A stretch of DNA of 62,383 nucleotides, counting the filler, from Choristocarpus tenellus KU-1152 (taxonomy: Eukaryota > Protista > Phaeophyceae): the NCBI GenBank assembly GCA_964200185.2. It is 8 parts of 8 records of this genome, joined end to end, with 100 filler letters (N's around TTAATTAATTAA, not from the genome) between each part and the next. Parts side by side here need not be neighbours in the genome. Positions count along the whole stretch, not along the records: positions 1 to 19,150 come from CAXNAD020000489.1; positions 19,251 to 33,329 come from CAXNAD020001281.1; 6 more parts are not named here. One strand, written 5' to 3'. A program made the translations under genes and the position numbers. The notes under the pieces are model-generated. The model was given only the letters and a program-made list of their open reading frames with translations, had not been told where the DNA came from and searched no databases. This document shows positions 11,201 through 22,761 of this stretch, piece after piece. Every line of letters starts with the position of its first letter. The first letter of the stretch is position 1.

Positions 11201-14200
11201 CAGCCCATAGCATACCTGTAACAAAATTGTCATACTGAAAGGGCAGCTACATGCCTGAAGAATAATTTGCCTTCATATAGGCTCAAAGTATCTGGGGGGA
11301 GGTGGCGGCTGTCCAGTTGTGGCCCATTTTTCAATGTCGCAATTTTTGTGTGATTTGGTTGCATACGTCGGGTGGGTAATGTAATTGCACTTTTCCTGTT
11401 CATGGTCCAAATGGACACCCCGGTGTAGACCGCCCCCGCCCCCTCAGATACTCTGGGTCATACTGCTGGCAGAATGTAGTTCTGAGAACAATTAATACGA
11501 TGAAATTGCTTGTAGCTGCGCATTGTGTTCTGTGCTTCCCTACTAAAAAAAGGTGTACCTACCATATGCACTTACGATGCACCAAGGCAAGAAAGTCGAG
11601 AGTGTCCAATTTCATCAACATAATAACCCCTAAGCATGTGTTGACAGTTTTTTCCTTCAGAACAAAAGTATCTTAGAGGGTAGAGCCGCGTCCATTTGGG
11701 GGCTAAAATCCGATGTTGCAATTTTGATTTAATTTTGGCTATCGTGCTTGTTAGGAAGTGTCAATATCCTTGTTCTGAAAACACCTTTTCGTAACGTATA
11801 CATTTTAGCTACTCTAAAATATTTTGAGTAGGAATATGTCATAAAAACCCCCGAGGGAAGCCAAGCCCCAATTGGACAAACAGGGCAAAACTCGTACCCT
11901 CTAAGATACTTTCACTCTCAGGTACAGGTGGCCGTACATACCTGCATCTGTGTCCTCCGCCATTCCGCGGAGAGTACAAAAATTGAGTTGATCTGGTGAA
12001 CTTGTTGCAGTGACTACTGCTGTAGCTAATCCAAAATGCTCATAAATCAAGTATCACCAAAGTATATCTGCCGGGTTGGTTACAAGCTCTAAATAGCACT
12101 TTGAAGTATACTAGTACAACGCACTGGTGAATCAGGAAGGGCTACAGCCATGTTTGTTTTTTTGGTGGATGTGCTTTGTGTGCCTTCTAGAGTCTATTAT
12201 TTTCTCCAAGACCAGTACAATGTCGTTCTGGTGCTGTCATACGTTTTTTTCGCCTTATTAAGGACAATGAATACCTACAAAATGAACAGGAATCACAAGA
12301 CACACTTCAATTACCCATCAGGGTGGTAGAACTTGGACATCCCTATATATGCTAGTGGATTGAAACAGGTAACATCGAGCTCTAACAATGGCATGAGCAT
12401 ACTTACAGAAAATCAATAAATTACATCGTGCAATAAAGGTGTCTCAATATAACTTTGGAGAGACACAGAAGCACGTGCAAAGTCTGAGAGACACAAGCAA
12501 AGAACAATTCACATAATGTTGCTTTGGTTTGTGTACATTGCCTTGTGGAGCCGTACCTGATTGGATTGCTCAAGCTTGATGGCAATCTGCCGTTCTTTGG
12601 CCTCTCGGATCTCATGGGCCCCATGAAGGTGCTTGATTATCCGCCATTGCTGCCGACACATCTTTCGCCTAGCTTGTTTCTTGATATCCTAATTAATGGT
12701 GATTCCCAAACACAAGTGGTCATTGGCAACACATTGACATTCGTATTAACAAGCAGGCAAGCATTGATCACATCAACCAGAGAGGTCCTGCCGGTTTTGT
12801 CCTGACTGGATACACTAAAGCAAATATTCAGCAAGGGTATAATATGCAATTTCGCGTTTGAGTGGGAGTTCTCCATCTACACAACATTTTCGCATCTCCC
12901 ATCACACCAGAAGTAATGCAATTGTCTTTCCAGAAATGGCACAAAAGGAATATTACAGCCATGCCCTCATGATTGTTTTCTTTAGGCCAAATGTATCAAT
13001 CCACTCAATAGGACAGCATTCATAAATGAGTCCAGCTCATACTTGCTAAATTGAATCACAGACCCCAGCTCTAGAAATGGCATAGTATTAACCAATCTCA
13101 AATTCAAATGGACCTCATTATAATTTATGAGAGAGAGAGGCATCTGAATGGAATGCACAGTGCACACATGAAGAGAGCATTTCCCAAGATTGAGGACTTG
13201 CAGCTGTGTAGGCATTCTCTCGCATCAGTATGTGTCCACTTGCTTTACTATGTTGAAATAAGCCCCTCGTGTATTCACCCTTTCTATCCTCTTGCTCACT
13301 CCTTAGCTTCAGGACACCCCCACAAGACTATGCCAGGTCCTTTCTCCCTTATTGTCTTGCTGTGTTCGCCGAAAGAAACACTTCTACTTGTAGAACATAA
13401 TTTTTGAGAGCAGAGAGTGAACCCAGCTTGACTTTCCTTCTGATCAACGTACACTTAGCATATAATGTATATAGAACAAAATTACTGGATGAAGCAGAGG
13501 GTTACAAGATGAAAGGAGTGGTTTACCAAACTACATTACCAAGGAGCCAAACCAACTGAGAGGTAGGCAGGTTTGGGTCCTTTTCGCATTCTAAGCCGTT
13601 TTTCCATAGCTTTAAATGCACAAAAGTAGTTTACATAGAATTGATATCCCCCCTTTCCACACACAAAGTGACACCACAATTCAGCAAAGGTTCTTTCTGC
13701 ACTTGTACAAAATGCCATCTTCTTGCCCTTTCTCAGGATCCTTCAAACCTCAACCCTGCCTACCCCTCAATTGGTTTGACCCAAGATATAGGGGAAAACA
13801 TGTGTGCCAAGCTCTGGAGTCAGTTCACTCAAATCAAAGAAAAATGCTTGCTGAGTCAAGTGTCAATGGAGAGACGTTATTAGTGGGAAACAGAAAATAC
13901 TGCCAGTGGACTAAACACGAGAGGTTTGTGGAGAGATATGTTAATGAAATGAGCTGAATTTTTCGAGAACCTTTTTTTGTTGCTTAAGACTGGCCAACAT
14001 TAGCTTTTGAGTGTCCATCAAACCCATGTTGTCCATGTTGTCCATGCTGTCTTTATTGGTTGCCAGTGTTGCCTCCCTTTTCTGTCTCTTTTTCCTCTTT
14101 CGTTCTGGTGTCTTTTTCCTGCTCCTCGCGTTCTTTGCCTCATTTTCATTCCTCGTCGTAGCCCTTTTCGATTGATCCAATAACATCTCCTTGGTGGATC

Positions 14201-17200
14201 AATGAAAGCAACAGAATGGGATGGTGTTACACTACATATGTGATAATATGAACACATCACACACCTTACAGTTGTGGATTTGTTGAGCACTGTCAGGGTT
14301 AAAGGGTGTAGTTAGCAGCAGACTGACTGCATAGTGCAGGGGGTTGAAGGGTCTACGACACTTGCAGGAGGAGGGTGGAAAATGCTGTTGTTTAGCTGAA
14401 CTGAGAGATAGAGTCTCTTACTAGCTTAGTGCTATGATAAAGAATTCTTTATGTTCCACACTGGTATTACAACTCACTCTTGCAACCTTCTATATATTTT
14501 TACTGCGCGTTCCTGATGTGTCTGTTGGGAAACAGCTTTACCCACACACAATGTCAAATGATGAAAAAAAAAGGCTTTGTACAGGATCAAACCTGTTGAT
14601 GATATGAGAGTGATACATGCAATTTAGTCACAGCACTTTACTTTAAACTGGTTCGATGTGGGCTCTTGATAATTCTGTAACAAAAATTTTATTGTACTAC
14701 CGTACTTGTTGAGGTGGAGGAGAGCATCAGTTTGTGAGACTTCGGATACAATCTCCTTTGTATCCTGTGAATTCAAAGCGCTGTATTTTCCAGCAATATC
14801 TGTAGTACATGGTTATTCCTTTTTCCCTTACCCATTGCCCCTATAAGTCCAAATTTCAGTCCACCCCCCACCTCCTATCCAGCACTCTGACTCCACTCAA
14901 AAAACCCGCACCATCTTCAGTCCATTTCTCATTCAGTAGCAGGTGTCACCCATTTAGATTTCAGTAGATATCTTACCTCCTCATCACTACTGGTGTCACT
15001 TTCGTCACTGCTGTCAACCCTGACAAGTAATTCCTGGCGTCTCCCCAAGGATTTTCCAACAAACACCTTCTTTCCCCCTTGCTGCTGCTGCAAACCTGCC
15101 CCAACCTTTCTATAAGTGTCACCCCCTTGTTGCTTAGATATCTTCTTGTGCCTCTTGGTGTGAATAGAATGTCGTGATGGGGGATTGTTGACCACTACTG
15201 CACTGCTGCCAACAGTTTGGTGTGCACCTGGTGAACAGAACCGTGAGCATGTTTTGAGTGTTGGAAAGGGATTGCATACCCCTGGAGTGTGATGTGCTCT
15301 GTAGTGCTCTTATTTTCTTTGGGGTGTATGGTACTTCCACGGTACATTGGTATGGTGTATGTTTGAGTGCTTGTTTGTATTGATAGAAGGGTCACTGCAC
15401 TAAAGGTGGATCAAGCATCAAGCCAAGGGTATATTGAGGTGATACCAGAGAGTATACCTTCAACCCAGGCTTTTCTTACATCCACCAAGTATATTTCTGT
15501 TTTGTAGAGTACCGTGCAGGAGTCATAATTTCCACTGAGACTCTATGGACTTTCGTCTTTCTACTTTCACCAGAAAAAATTCTAGCTTCCTACTTCTTCA
15601 CCCCTCAGTAGTTAACATGTACATTGCAAACTTGGTTTGGTGGGTTATTAAAAGGTTTGCCATGTCTATCAACGACCCAAAGTATCTGGGGGGGGGGGGG
15701 TTTACACCCGGGTTTCCATTTTTGGGCAAAATCAGGAAAAGTGTATTTACATTATCCATCAGACATATGCAACTGAATCACCCAAAAATCGTGATAGGAA
15801 AAAATTGACCCCAAATGGACAGTCGCCACCCACTCCCAGATAATTTGAGTCAACTCTCTCTGCCACAACCTGTGCACTATATTTTGCACAAATAGGTCCT
15901 GGATTATGGTTCAGCAAAACAACTTTCGACATGATCCAGCCACAATTCTTATGAAAAAAAGAGAGCGTATTGTTTTTCATAGAAACCAAATATTGTTGTA
16001 AAACTTTGACTCAGAACGACCAGATGATGGTTTAGAATTTGTAATACGGTTTTTCTCCCAGACATATTTCCGGCATTAACCAATCCATCTATGTTAGTGG
16101 TTATCTGGTTGACAAGTATGTGGAGAACAGTTTATAGTTCGCTTTTGGATGGAACTTGTCAAGACGCAGATGCCAGTGTTTAAAAACATATAATTGGAAA
16201 AACTGCTGGAGAAAGATGGCAATACTGCTGTCATGGAGATTGTTTGGAGGGCATTTTGTTGTTTCAGTATCACAATAAAAACTAGACCATACATCTTGTT
16301 ACTTTTTTGAGTTTTGAAGAATTTACTTCTCAAGGAAACAATAGCTCAAAGATTCACCCTGAAAATCAGTTCTGGGGTGCACTTGGTCATTCTGTTGTGA
16401 TTTGTAGCCACAAAACTTTGTAGCACTGAAGCTCGAACCTAGACTCTGTGTGATGCAATCTATGTATCCTTATAGCTGTGGTCCATGCAGTATAGAATCG
16501 TTGATCGATACCCCTCACATATTTCTCACATCAACCCACACATTATCGGATGCATCAGGACAATTCTGGGCAAAATATTCCCATTATCCCATAAATGAAA
16601 TTCCAAGACCGCATTGGAATCCTCTTGTTGAGCTAATATGTGGTCCTCACTCCATCTCCTGATTCGCAAAATTTCACAAGTTACTGCCCTGCTTTCAAAT
16701 ATCATATTATGTTGCCTAGATCATTCGATGCACTTAGGAGTACTTCCATTTGGAATGATCTCATCTACACTTCCTCCACAATTCTTCTCTTGTCTGTAGT
16801 GAGCTCTATGATTCCTGCTCGATTTCTTGAAAGTCAACATAGATCTGGGTGGCCTACGGTGGGGTTTTACAAATATGCCATGACGGATTCTATATATGAC
16901 TATATTTCAATGCAGATGAGTACCATGAGTCACTCACATTCATTCTTGTCTCGATCCTGGTTAAGGCCACGGACTTCTGCGCTGGAATCCGAGCTTTCTG
17001 CATCTTTTTCATCCTCTGTATCTAAGGTCGTTGAGGAATTATTCTCCCCTTCACTTGAATGTGAACCTTCTACCTCGTCTCCTCTCCTACTGGGTATCGA
17101 TTCTGTGCTTGTGCTGACACCATCAGGTTGCCCACCTTCTCCCCCTCTACACCCTCTTCCTCTCTCTGGTTTGTCCTGTTCCTCCTTCGCTTGATCCTCA

Positions 17201-19008
17201 CTTTTGTTCCTGCTCTGCCCAATAACTCCTCCCTTAGCCAAGCTCGTAGCCTCTCTTCCATCCCCCATTTCCTTCACTGCTGTTGATTCTTCTGTTCTCT
17301 CTACCACAAACTCAACTGTTGCTTCCTGCAAGCCATTCTCAAGGCCTACCCTTCTCTTGGCATCTAGATCTTTCTGCGCCATGCCATGGCCACTCACTTC
17401 TGCGACCATGGTAGGCACGGCACTTAATGGTCTGCTCTTATCTCTGCATGTGTCAGATCTTTCATTCCTCCCTCCTCCTTCCTCCAAGGCTGAACTTGGT
17501 CGTCTTCCTCCTGCCCTATCTCGACCCTCTTCTACTCTGCTGGTGGATGCAGCAACTGCGTGTCTTCCTTTACCCCCTCTTATTACTCTCACACTATTTT
17601 TTAGTTCTTTTTTTGCTTTGACCTTGTCTGAATCTGACTCAGAATCTGGCTCAGAATCAGAATCGGATACCTCCGGGTTTCCAATGGGGAGGCCCATCTC
17701 TTCGGCAAAGAGGAGGTCGCTAGCAGACAACTCTGATTCAGAGCTGCTAATATACTCTCTCTATTCGGGTGTTTGTTATGGAGCATGTTGATTGCACGTG
17801 GTTGTGGGGTAGCAGAGATGACCAGTGTCAGTATGACCTGTTGGAAAGATGTATAACTTGAAAGACGTAGAGGGAGCTCTATCGTTTCATGACATGGGGG
17901 CCTTGTATAGTTCTTGGGGGGGGCGCGTATCTGTCAATTAGAGCTCAAACATGAGGTAAAGCAAAGATACAAGACACTTTGAGAAGCCTGAAGCAAGATC
18001 CTTCCTCAGTCTAAACCTACCCGACACCCCTCTGGTCCTGGTTCCGTCTCTTCTTTGCTCCAGTCCCCTTCCACTCTCTTGTCCAACCCTGTGGTTCCTG
18101 ATCCTTTCTCGACTCCAGCAACAACACCGGTGTCAGATCCTATCATCATGCCCATGGCTTTCATCAGCTCAGCTGAGTGCGCACCTACACCTGCAGCTGC
18201 CGCCATCTCTGCGGCCATTTCAAGACGCATTTTCTCAAGCATCTTTGCTATCTGTTGCTCTCGCTCCAGCTTCAAACGCATGGTTCTCTATTGGAGAACG
18301 GGATATGTCAATGTTCCATTTCAACAAGCATCGATAGTTGGTTTAATGTCAGTTGGCAAGAACTTGATGCTTGGAGAAAGAGGAAAGCAGGGCCACGGTG
18401 GAAACCGGCAGTAGTTCTACAGTTGGTGACACTTGATCATTTCCCAAGCACTCAATATATGGCAAGGGTTGGATCAAAATTGAATTCCCCCAAAGACTGA
18501 TAGGAGTAAGTCAGATTTAGTTGTGGTACACATGAACAAAGTTTTAGTGCAAAGCCTGATGGGAGACGGTAGCTCCTTGCAGTTGTCCAAGGTTGCTTCA
18601 CTCGAAATATAATTTATTTTTTCCGCTGGTTTAGATGTCGACACTCCTTCCCCTGCCCTGTTAGAGTCCTTCTCTGTTCGTCACCCTTTCTTTTCTTCCT
18701 CTCAATTTCTCCACTGGACAATAGATCGTTCACCAAGCATCCGATATAAATATGTTATTCACTCACTCTCCCTTACATCAGTCTTGCAGGTATGCATCAC
18801 ATAGTTATGTCTTCATTCTCACCTGATAGGCCTCATTCTCGATTCTGCTCCTTTTGTCTTCCTCCTCCATCAACCGATTCTCCACCTCTTCCTTACGTTT
18901 CTCCACCTTGGCTGCCTTGATATCTCCCCGTCGACGCTCATGCATTGTGCCTATCACCCGCTCAGGAACAGACCCATCATCCTCTAGAGCTATCCCCATC
19001 AACAGTTG
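2251..19008 (-). CDS. Large uncharacterised charged/coiled-coil protein with C-terminal CHORD-like Cys/His zinc-binding region (5'-truncated by contig break, 17 exons, >=1057 aa)
   Basis: Phase-consistent GT-AG exon chain (minus): 19008-18823, 18287-18021, 17760-16938, 15227-14977, 14189-13971, 13609-13540, 12672-12557, 10616-10444, 10084-9950, 9238-9127, 8410-8249, 7807-7724, 7262-7137, 5632-5487, 4160-4037, 2785-2696, 2340-2251 (TGA); 3174 nt without an internal stop. C-terminal part reads ERPIVCRNCHCFYLESQNHDLICPYHPGEFTRSCPRNCPGLTEKCMSHR/TMQWTCCDSKEPGSWGSSGCKRRCH. The frame of the 13609-13540 exon is ambiguous (two phase-compatible solutions). Confidence 0.75.
10756..11017 (-). mobile_element. 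MITE family B copy (inverted)
   Basis: Reverse complement of 1129-1385; TSD GATC (10752-10755/11018-11021). Confidence 0.85.
11280..11459 (-). mobile_element. MITE family A full copy (~180 bp)
   Basis: TIR GGCTCAAAGTATCTGGGGG...CCCTCAGATACTCTGGGTC; flanked by ATA/ATA. Confidence 0.85.
11660..11917 (+). mobile_element. MITE family B copy
   Basis: Highly similar to 1129-1385; right end TACCCTCTAAGATACTTTCACTC; flanked by TCAG/TCAG if the left end lacks one base. Confidence 0.85.
15674..15851 (+). mobile_element. MITE family A full copy
   Basis: GACCCAAAGTATCTGGGGG...CTCCCAGATAATTTGAGTC; flanked by AAC/AAC. Confidence 0.85.
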
Positions 19009-19125
19009 CTGTTGTTCAGCAGTTGTTTTGGCGATATAGCATAGATACATGAAGGATCCAATGGGGCATATGAGGGGGCATTTCAGACGAGGTTGATCCT
19101 CTTACTTACTTTGAGCCTTTTTAGT

Positions 19126-19150
19126 GACCCAAAGTATCTGGGAGGGGGGG
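19126..19150 (+). mobile_element. MITE family A left TIR at contig end
   Basis: GACCCAAAGTATCTGGGAGGGGGGG, then the linker. Confidence 0.7.
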
Positions 19151-19250
19151 NNNNNNNNNNNNNNNNNNNNNNNNNNNNNNNNNNNNNNNNNNNNTTAATT
19201 AATTAANNNNNNNNNNNNNNNNNNNNNNNNNNNNNNNNNNNNNNNNNNNN
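19151..19250. other. Artificial contig linker (N44-TTAATTAATTAA-N44)
   Basis: 100-nt spacer with stops in all six frames; seven identical linkers in the window. Confidence 0.98.
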
Positions 19251-19288
19251 CCCCTTAGCCCAAGGTGGTTTTTTTTTGTGCATCGTAT

Positions 19289-19471
19289 GGGGGGGGGGGG
19301 GGGGGGAGGGGGGGTCTACACCAGCACCAGGGTGTCCATTTGGGTCATAAGCAGGAAAGGTGCACTTACATTATCCATCCGACGTATGCAACCAAATCAC
19401 CCAAAAATCGCGATATGGAAAAAATTGGTCCCAAAATGGACAGCCACCACCCGCCCCAGATACTTCAAGCC
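19289..19471 (+). mobile_element. MITE family A copy (left end missing)
   Basis: Poly-G, GTCCATTTGGG, family A body and CCCCAGATACTTCAAGCC end. Confidence 0.8.
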
Positions 19472-20501
19472 TATTCGTTGCATGCATTCGGCGTTGATCG
19501 TTTTTTCAAAACTACCACAGATTACTACTACAAAGTAGTGCTCCAGTGCTAAGATCTCAACTAATGTAGCATTATCACACAGTGTTGATGCACCAAGTGA
19601 GCAGTTATTCTCGAAAGCGCCTGTGGCATCTTTATTGAAGTGGATGCAGGGCATCCAAATTACTCAGTTGTGTGCTGACCCTCTTCATAGAGCGATTGTG
19701 CCTCCTGCACTTTGTGTGTCTTTCGGTGCCATACACAGCAATGAGTGCTAAATAAGAGTATGCATCTCATACTCAACATCGGGATGGGGAAATGAGAACA
19801 ATTATTTATATTGCTATGTAGTATATAGGAAGCAACAACCATGCATATGAACATAGTATCATTCCCTGAGTAATCAGTATTTTCTACAGAAAAGACTTGT
19901 TCGGGATCTCTGCGACTTTCATCTAGCACATGTGTGCCTACCTCTGTGGAGCACAATTTCGTGCTTGTGATGACAAACGCTAGTCTCCTTCTCCACACCC
20001 ACAGCCTCCTGACGGAAGTTAGCTGCATTTCAGGCATGGGAATGGTGGTGCAAGGCGAAAGATTTTTACACCCCTTACTCTCAAGGCACCTAAATCGACC
20101 CCCCATCAGGATATTGTGACTTGATGTTCAAATATAAAAATCTTGGTTGCCATGGATAACGAGAAAATAGATACAGTGACTCCATTGCCCAGGCTAGATC
20201 TGTGTCCCATGATTACATAATATACTCTTTCCTCTCGTGGTCAACATAACCTGCTACACAATAATTGTGAATGTCTTCTTTTCTAGGCAGAGCCCGCTTG
20301 AACCACACACACCCCTTACACTACTATTATGAGTCCCACTACTACCTGTCTCCCATGTTTGGTCGTCAAACCCTCTTCCCCTGGATTTTGCTTTGCTTTG
20401 CATAATTTAAAATGAATGGTGAATCCTCCTTGAGCTGTGTGAATGTACACTCCCATCACCTTGTGATATCCCTACATTTATGCTATATGCTACTTCTGTA
20501 G

Positions 20502-20636
20502 AAGGACTGCCAGATTCCACTGCACTATGCAATACACTCCCTGGAAGTAGATGCGGTCAGGTTTATTCTAGAAGCGCCAGGGGGTCTGCAAGGGAGGGAC
20601 GAGCACCTCGACAGCATACAACGAGACAGCCTTGAG
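20502..20636 (+). CDS. Candidate isolated exon, weak ankyrin-repeat-like peptide
   Basis: ctgtag|KDCQIPLHYAIHSLEVDAVRFILEAPGGLQGRDEHLDSIQRDSLE|gtatgt. PLHYA..V.F.LE resembles the ankyrin consensus TPLHxA..VxxLL. Neighbouring exons were not resolved. Confidence 0.3.
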
Positions 20637-22761
20637 GTATGTTAACCTCCTTGCTCATTCATCCTTGCACCCTCTGATCCTCCTATCTACTTCTAGCATC
20701 TACTACTACCATTGTTACAAGAAACGTATTATCACCCTACGAGAGACAGGAGGTGTCGAATTGTCCTGTTCAGACAGCAGCATACGTACACAATAACATA
20801 AACGCAGACTTTGAAGTAGGGTACCAGGTATGGAGTATAAAAGTTCCTGTGTCAGTAGTACGATATAATGCAAAAGAAACAGATGGAGTATCTACTAGTA
20901 AGTACATACCTCCATCGGTATATTTATGTGTCTATTTGTGGTGTAACATGTAACATCACACTGACCCATCGAAACCCCAAATATCTGGTTGGCGGATACC
21001 TCCCAATTTGGCCTCAAAACCGACATTCCAAAGTCCAAAGATTTTTCGGGAATACTTGTTGACATGCTTCGAAATAGGTTCTACCATAGGTCCCTAACGG
21101 AATTGGGAATTATTTACTAAGCACTTGTTTCTTGCTTTACACCTACCTACATGCATGTGTCCTTGTTGCACCAACCCAATATATTAAACCCTCAATTATC
21201 CTCCATGCATGATTCCAGGCTAACCAAGCAGTCAAGCTCACCACATCATCCATCCTGCAGAAAGAAGTATACACTTACTTGAACTTAACATCACACCATT
21301 TACTTTACAAACTTCTGTCTTCCCTTCCCTCAACATTACTGCAATTAGTGAGGATACAAGAACCCTCCAAAATAACAGCTACCTATGGTTTTCATTTGTC
21401 CCTCCCATTTACTGCCTTACTTGGTTGCTCTCCCTGAAATGATGCTATGTGTGATTTATTCTGCGCTTCAAGGTCATGCTAAAGGCAAACAGGCATGCAG
21501 AGGCAAGCATTGCTTCGTCCCTTCTTTGGAATCTCTCTTATTTTGCTGGGAAACTCTGCTCAAGAAGCACAGAAATTTAGATCAAGTGCTGGAAATGAGA
21601 AGTACAGATCATAGATACTCTTGTCACATGGACCCAAAATACTCAACATCAATTTCAAGATAAGCAATTTGCATTAAGAAATTCGAAGCATATATATACA
21701 GCATGAACATCAATGTACCTTCTACTAGAAAGCGGTAGAGCTAGCTCTCTCTTTCACATAGCACAACGGAAGAGAATAATAATGTGCCATCCCCCTATTT
21801 GTTAACTTTCAAAAAATGCTAATATGTCATGTACCCCCCCAGTCCCTTTCTGTCCTGTTGACACTGTATGCATCAGAGGATAACTGACAACAATCTAGCG
21901 ATTTTGTAATCTAAAAGAAAAATTGAATAATCTATGTAAATTTAAGGCATCTAGATGCTTGTCAAGACCAGGCCGAATCAGGAGCATGAAAAATGGCTTA
22001 TTGGCAGTACAATGTGCTACAGCCAGCGATAAAAGATCATGTGGGACAGCGAGGCATGCAAGGGGTGGCAAAAACAAACTCTTTTCTACAGCTTCAGCTT
22101 TTCAATTGTTGAGGTACATTGACCTACTTCTCACCTACCACAAGGGTGTACTTACTACCTGAAGGCAAGAGTCAAATAAAGAGTCAGAAATATTTTTACT
22201 TCTATATATTGAAGACCTAATTTCAAGGGCTAGCAAGTCGCAACCTTTCCAGAGAGTGCGCATCCTTAAACAGTAAGACCATTGATGCATACATTTCATA
22301 GTTCAAGAGACGACCGGATTACATAATGCACTGTATGAAGAAACAAGGCTCATCCTCTGCCTTGAAGTCATGTACAGACTAAGTACAGAGAACAAGAGTC
22401 TTAGTGGCAGGGTTTGCTCAAATACCCAGTGGCACCACAAATGAGCACATGGGACAGGGCGTCTTTTCTCTAGAAAATGACCCAAGAGTATTTTTCAAGA
22501 GATCAATGAGAGGGTGCAAACTGCACCACAAAACAAATCCTTTGAAACGAGAACATAAAGGACAGCAAAAAAGCAGAAATAAATGTTTTTATCATTTGTG
22601 CCCTGATATATTTATTGTGCATGGTCCAGCCCTGAAGTTAACCAAAGGGTTATCAAAACCCCAATGCGCCGAAAGGGGAATGGTGAACAGAATATTCCTT
22701 CCCAGCACAATCACCATTACTACACCTTCCGCCCCTCAAGGCCATGCAGGTCGCCCTTAGT

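Noticed and set aside
17204-17791. Plus-strand 195-aa ORF (and 16640-17194)
   Set aside because: Antisense shadow of the large minus-strand exon 17760-16938.
19195-19206. Recurrent TTAATTAATTAA palindrome as a biological site or CRISPR-like repeat
   Set aside because: Always centred in 88 Ns; it is a six-frame-stop assembly linker. ORFs containing X are artefacts.
19660-20106. Candidate minus-strand exons continuing the large gene across the linker
   Set aside because: No unambiguous phase-consistent chain, and contig adjacency is unproven.
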